From Neophaeotheca triangularis (lineage: Eukaryota), in assembly GCA_054600435.1 (NCBI GenBank), contig BAAIJX010000010.1, positions 186,001 to 250,000 on the forward strand: a stretch of DNA of 64,000 bases. The letters run 5' to 3'. The notes beneath the pieces are model-generated. The model had not been told where the DNA came from. It was given only the letters and a program-made list of their open reading frames with translations, and did not search any database. Position numbers and translations under genes: made by a program. Below are positions 60,637 to 64,000 of the stretch, piece by piece (positions within the stretch are counted from its first letter, which is position 1; the number at the start of each line of letters is the position of its first letter).

Positions 60637-62748
60637 ATGGTCCGCAAGCCCGCATCTCTAGTCCGAACAGCCTCCCACCCTAACGAAAGGCAAGCTATGT
60701 TCAATCCCAACGCGGCCAACGCGATAGCTGCCTCGTCGCAAGACACCGGCGATCTGCACAAAGATCAGGAGGTCAGACCAGACGCGAATGAGGGTCTTGT
60801 GGAAGAAGAGGAAGGAGAAGAAGCGCTTCACCACGTACCCTCGGACGATCGCAAGCCTATTTGGGCCGCACGGAACGAGCTGACGGAGCGATGCTTTTGG
60901 AAGACGATCGATGAACTTCCCACTACAAAAGAAAGACCATGGCAGCAGCGACTAGCTCAAGGTGCAGGGAAGATGGACGATTCCCAGGCTCCAGGCAGGC
61001 GTTGGAACGCCAATGACTCCGAGTTCTCTTACCTCAATGGTGCTCAAGCCGACCTTTGTGTCAAGAGGGATGCTCTGGCCGAAGTCCTCAAGCACCATGC
61101 TTGCGAGTTGCTCTATGATCCTGGCACCGATTCCGCCAAGGGCGAACCGATTTTGGCTAAGAGGATCATCGACTACACTCACGAGGAGAGGAAGCTCTTG
61201 AGGAGATGTTACAAAAGCCACCACAAATGTATCGATAGGCTTGCGGCTCGTCAGAAGAGCGCGAGGAAAGCCGAAGAGCAGGAAACCCTTCGGTTCCCGC
61301 AAGCAACGAGCAGCAATGCGCGCAAGTACGCGAAGCCGTTTTGCGATTTCCTCACGGAGAACCCGACCGTGTTCCACGCTGTTTCTGCGTTGAAGGAGCA
61401 GATGCAGGAAGCTGGCTGGACGGAGCTGAGCGAGCGGGACGATTGGAAGATTGATCCGAGTGGACGTTACTTTGTGGAACGCAATGGCTCGTCGCTCGTG
61501 TCTTTTGTGGTCGGCGCGGAGTACAAGCCCGGGAATGGTGCTGCTATTATTGCAGGTCACATTGACGCTCTGACCGCGAAGTTGAAGCCCGTATCGAAGG
61601 TCCCGAACAAAGCAGGTTATCTCCAACTCGGCGTCGCCCCCTACGCAGGCGGTATGGGCAACACTTGGTGGGATCGCGACCTGGGTATAGCAGGTCGCGT
61701 CCTCGTGAAGGAAGGTGGTAAGATCGTGACGAAGCTAGTCAACCTCAATTGGCCCATTGCACGCATACCAACGCTGGCTCCTCACTTTGGAGCCGCCGCT
61801 CAGGGTCCCTTCAACCAAGAGACTCAGATGACTCCGATCATTGGCCTTGACGACGACCCCAGCCACGACGAGCACAGCACCACTGCTCAAGAATTTGCCA
61901 AACCCAGCTCCTCCGACTGTTACGTCTTCACAAACACCCAACCGCCCGCACTTGTCAATGCCATCGCTTCTCAACTCGACCTCCCCGCCTCTGAGCACTC
62001 CAAAATCCTTAACTGGGAGCTCGAGCTTTACGACGTCCAACCGGCAACGCTCGGCGGTCTGAACCGTGAATTCATTTATGCCGGCCGCATAGACGACAAG
62101 CTCTGCAGTTGGGCAGCTCAACAAGCGCTTCTCGAAAGCAGCGCGCACGACACAAGCCACAGCAGCCTAATTAAAACCGTCGCCCTATTCGACGACGAAG
62201 AAATCGGCTCACAGCTCCGGCAAGGCGCTCGGGGCAACCTCCTCTCCAGCGTGCTCGAACGCGCAGTCGGCTCTCTCGCCAACACTTCCAACGCGGCCAG
62301 CACTCCGGTTCCCTCCGACCAATTCGGCCGCTTCTACGCCAATTCTTTCCTCGTCTCCGCCGACGTCACGCATGCTGTCAACCCCAACTTTCTCCCCGCC
62401 TACCTCCCCAACCACTCCCCCCACCTCAACACCGGCCTCGTCGTCAGCGCCGACAGCAACGGCCACATGACCACCGACGCCGTTTCCACCACTATTCTGC
62501 AACGCTGCGCCGAAACTGTCGGCGCGAAATTGCAAGTCTTCCAGATCCGCAATGACAGTCGATCTGGCGGAACGGTTGGACCTATGCTTTCGAGCGCGCT
62601 GGGTGTGAGGGCTGTCGATGCTGGCTTGCCGCAATTGAGTATGCATTCCATTCGCGCGACTACGGGGAGTTTGGATCCCGGGTTGGGGGTGCTCGCTTTT
62701 GTGGGGTTTTTGAGTGGGTTTGAGGGGGTGGATGCGGAGATGAGGTAG
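60637..62748 (+). CDS. M18 family aminopeptidase (Ape1/Lap4-like) with long N-terminal extension
   Basis: NPTVFHAV, GHIDAL, WWDRDLG, IPTLAPHFG, GRIDDK, FDDEEIGS, SADVTHA, SRSGGTVGP, LSMHSIR. Confidence 0.92.
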   Translation: MVRKPASLVRTASHPNERQAMFNPNAANAIAASSQDTGDLHKDQEVRPDANEGLVEEEEGEEALHHVPSDDRKPIWAARNELTERCFWKTIDELPTTKERPWQQRLAQGAGKMDDSQAPGRRWNANDSEFSYLNGAQADLCVKRDALAEVLKHHACELLYDPGTDSAKGEPILAKRIIDYTHEERKLLRRCYKSHHKCIDRLAARQKSARKAEEQETLRFPQATSSNARKYAKPFCDFLTENPTVFHAVSALKEQMQEAGWTELSERDDWKIDPSGRYFVERNGSSLVSFVVGAEYKPGNGAAIIAGHIDALTAKLKPVSKVPNKAGYLQLGVAPYAGGMGNTWWDRDLGIAGRVLVKEGGKIVTKLVNLNWPIARIPTLAPHFGAAAQGPFNQETQMTPIIGLDDDPSHDEHSTTAQEFAKPSSSDCYVFTNTQPPALVNAIASQLDLPASEHSKILNWELELYDVQPATLGGLNREFIYAGRIDDKLCSWAAQQALLESSAHDTSHSSLIKTVALFDDEEIGSQLRQGARGNLLSSVLERAVGSLANTSNAASTPVPSDQFGRFYANSFLVSADVTHAVNPNFLPAYLPNHSPHLNTGLVVSADSNGHMTTDAVSTTILQRCAETVGAKLQVFQIRNDSRSGGTVGPMLSSALGVRAVDAGLPQLSMHSIRATTGSLDPGLGVLAFVGFLSGFEGVDAEMR

Positions 62749-63677
62749 GTGGGTAGGTAGTTAGGTAGGGAGAAGCTGGCAAGAGGTGTCGCAATGGTGT
62801 TAGGCTCCGTTTGTCCTGTACATAAGCGTTTCTGGGACGATAGAGCTGTTGCAAACTACGCCGTGGCTGCCGAGTACGTCATAACGTTCGCCTTGACTGT
62901 TAGCACACCTTGGTTTACAAGTCACTCACACTCAATCGCACTTGCCCAGAGACACACGCACCCACCGAGAATCAATCACGAAGGAAATCCTTGCAAGACG
63001 TGTCTCAACCTCATAGCGTGGTTTCTCTAGTACATCTCAAGCCGCCCAACACGCCATGCCAAACGACATCACCGTGTACCAGCAGCAGCAATACAGTTAA
63101 AAGCCTCGCTAGCCTCGCTAGTGACGGTTGCCCCAAAGAGCAATGCTGCGCAACAAACAACACGCACCGCACCGCACCGTGCAACCCATCAATCATTTCA
63201 TCCCTCTATGCCATCGTCTCACCATGAGAAAGGAAAGAAACCAGCGCCTCACAAAGAAAAGTAACCCCCTCCAGCGCCGTCAGTTCCATGATTTCGGCCG
63301 TGTCATTGAAAGGCAGCGCGAACAAGAGAAAAACACCACACTCCACGCAATTGAGTAAGAATGACCGCATAACCCGAGCAGAATGGATAATGCTCAGCAG
63401 TGTCGCTCGTCAGCGTCTACGAGGAAACGGCCCGGGGGTGACACTAGTTGCCATCTTCATAAGCGCAAGCGCATAAGGGGCATCCGGGTCGCCTTTGAGG
63501 GTCATTGTTTCCACCACCGCGGCCATTGATTCCAGCACCGCTGGCAACTGGTCCAACGCCAACTGACCTGCGGGGCGTCCGCAACCGGTCCGAAAGATCC
63601 ATGCGCCACTGCGAATAAGGTAAGGAGTGTGAGCAAAAGGGTTCGTTTCATCGTCTAGCAAGGCCAGGTAGGCGAGA

Positions 63678-64000
63678 TCATCGGATGTTCAAACTCTCGT
63701 ACTTGACCCAACTGGCTTTGGCCTTGTTGGCATGTTCGAGGCCGAAGTGGTCGTCGGGACCCATTCTATCGGCGAGGATTTCGTCTTCGTTGGCGGTTGA
63801 GTTAGCTTTTGTGTGATGCTTTTTGAATGACTTGAACCATTGCTGGAAGGTACATAGACTGGCGGGGGAGTAGTAGTACTCACCATTATCCTCGACCCAC
63901 GAGGGGCGCGAGTAGTTTTGACCACCCTTTACGATGGCGAAACGGATTTTCTCAAACTGCTTGCCCCTGAGACCCGTGCGTTTGCTCAGGCGTTCCTTGG
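63678..64000 (-). CDS. UBP15: 3' end of ubiquitin C-terminal hydrolase USP7/Ubp15 (partial; exons >64000-63884, 63784-63678)
   Basis: KERLSKRTGLRGKQFEKIRFAIV...RPSWVEDN|DEILADRMGPDDHFGLEH...LNIR*; intron GTGAGT...GCTAAC...AAG at 63883-63785. Not in the ORF track. Confidence 0.8.
   Translation of the reverse strand, partial: KERLSKRTGLRGKQFEKIRFAIVKGGQNYSRPSWVEDNGEYYYSPASLCTFQQWFKSFKKHHTKANSTANEDEILADRMGPDDHFGLEHANKAKASWVKYESLNIR

Noticed and set aside
57494..62748. Zn2Cys6 factor with neighbouring enzymes as a secondary-metabolite cluster
   Set aside because: No PKS, NRPS or terpene synthase backbone; neighbours are housekeeping genes.
1..64000. CRISPR arrays, tRNA/rRNA genes, intact transposons
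   Set aside because: None recognised by eye; a tRNAscan-SE/Infernal/RepeatMasker run would be needed to exclude them formally.

Overview
Gene-dense eukaryotic DNA from a filamentous ascomycete (short GT-AG introns with CTRAC-type branch points; probably a Dothideomycete, by inference). About 24 protein-coding loci can be supported: a PDR/ABCG transporter (3' end outside the window, with an apparent 1-nt frameshift), Opi1/ccg-8-like regulator, complex I NDUFS6, TRA1, an intronless GH2 glycosidase fused to a C-terminal CVNH lectin domain, an HSL-family esterase, FMP42-like MFS transporter, a small secreted Cys-rich protein, a nitronate monooxygenase ending in SKL, an ML/NPC2-like protein, YIH1, PRP45, an Acm1-like APC/C-inhibitor candidate, a DUF4748-like protein, SSL2/XPB, GLC8/inhibitor-2, an NMT1/THI5-like binding protein, a DJ-1/PfpI protein, a Zn2Cys6 factor, an M18 aminopeptidase and the 3' end of UBP15/USP7. 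There is also an intronless U6 snRNA gene. No transposon, CRISPR array or secondary-metabolite cluster was seen. The most interesting signals are the Acm1-like ABBA/KEN/D-box protein with MCB/SCB elements upstream, the GH2-CVNH fusion, the ABC transporter frameshift, and a recurrent C-rich-then-G-rich skew at gene 3' ends. All assignments come from motif recognition and manual splicing; no database searches were run.
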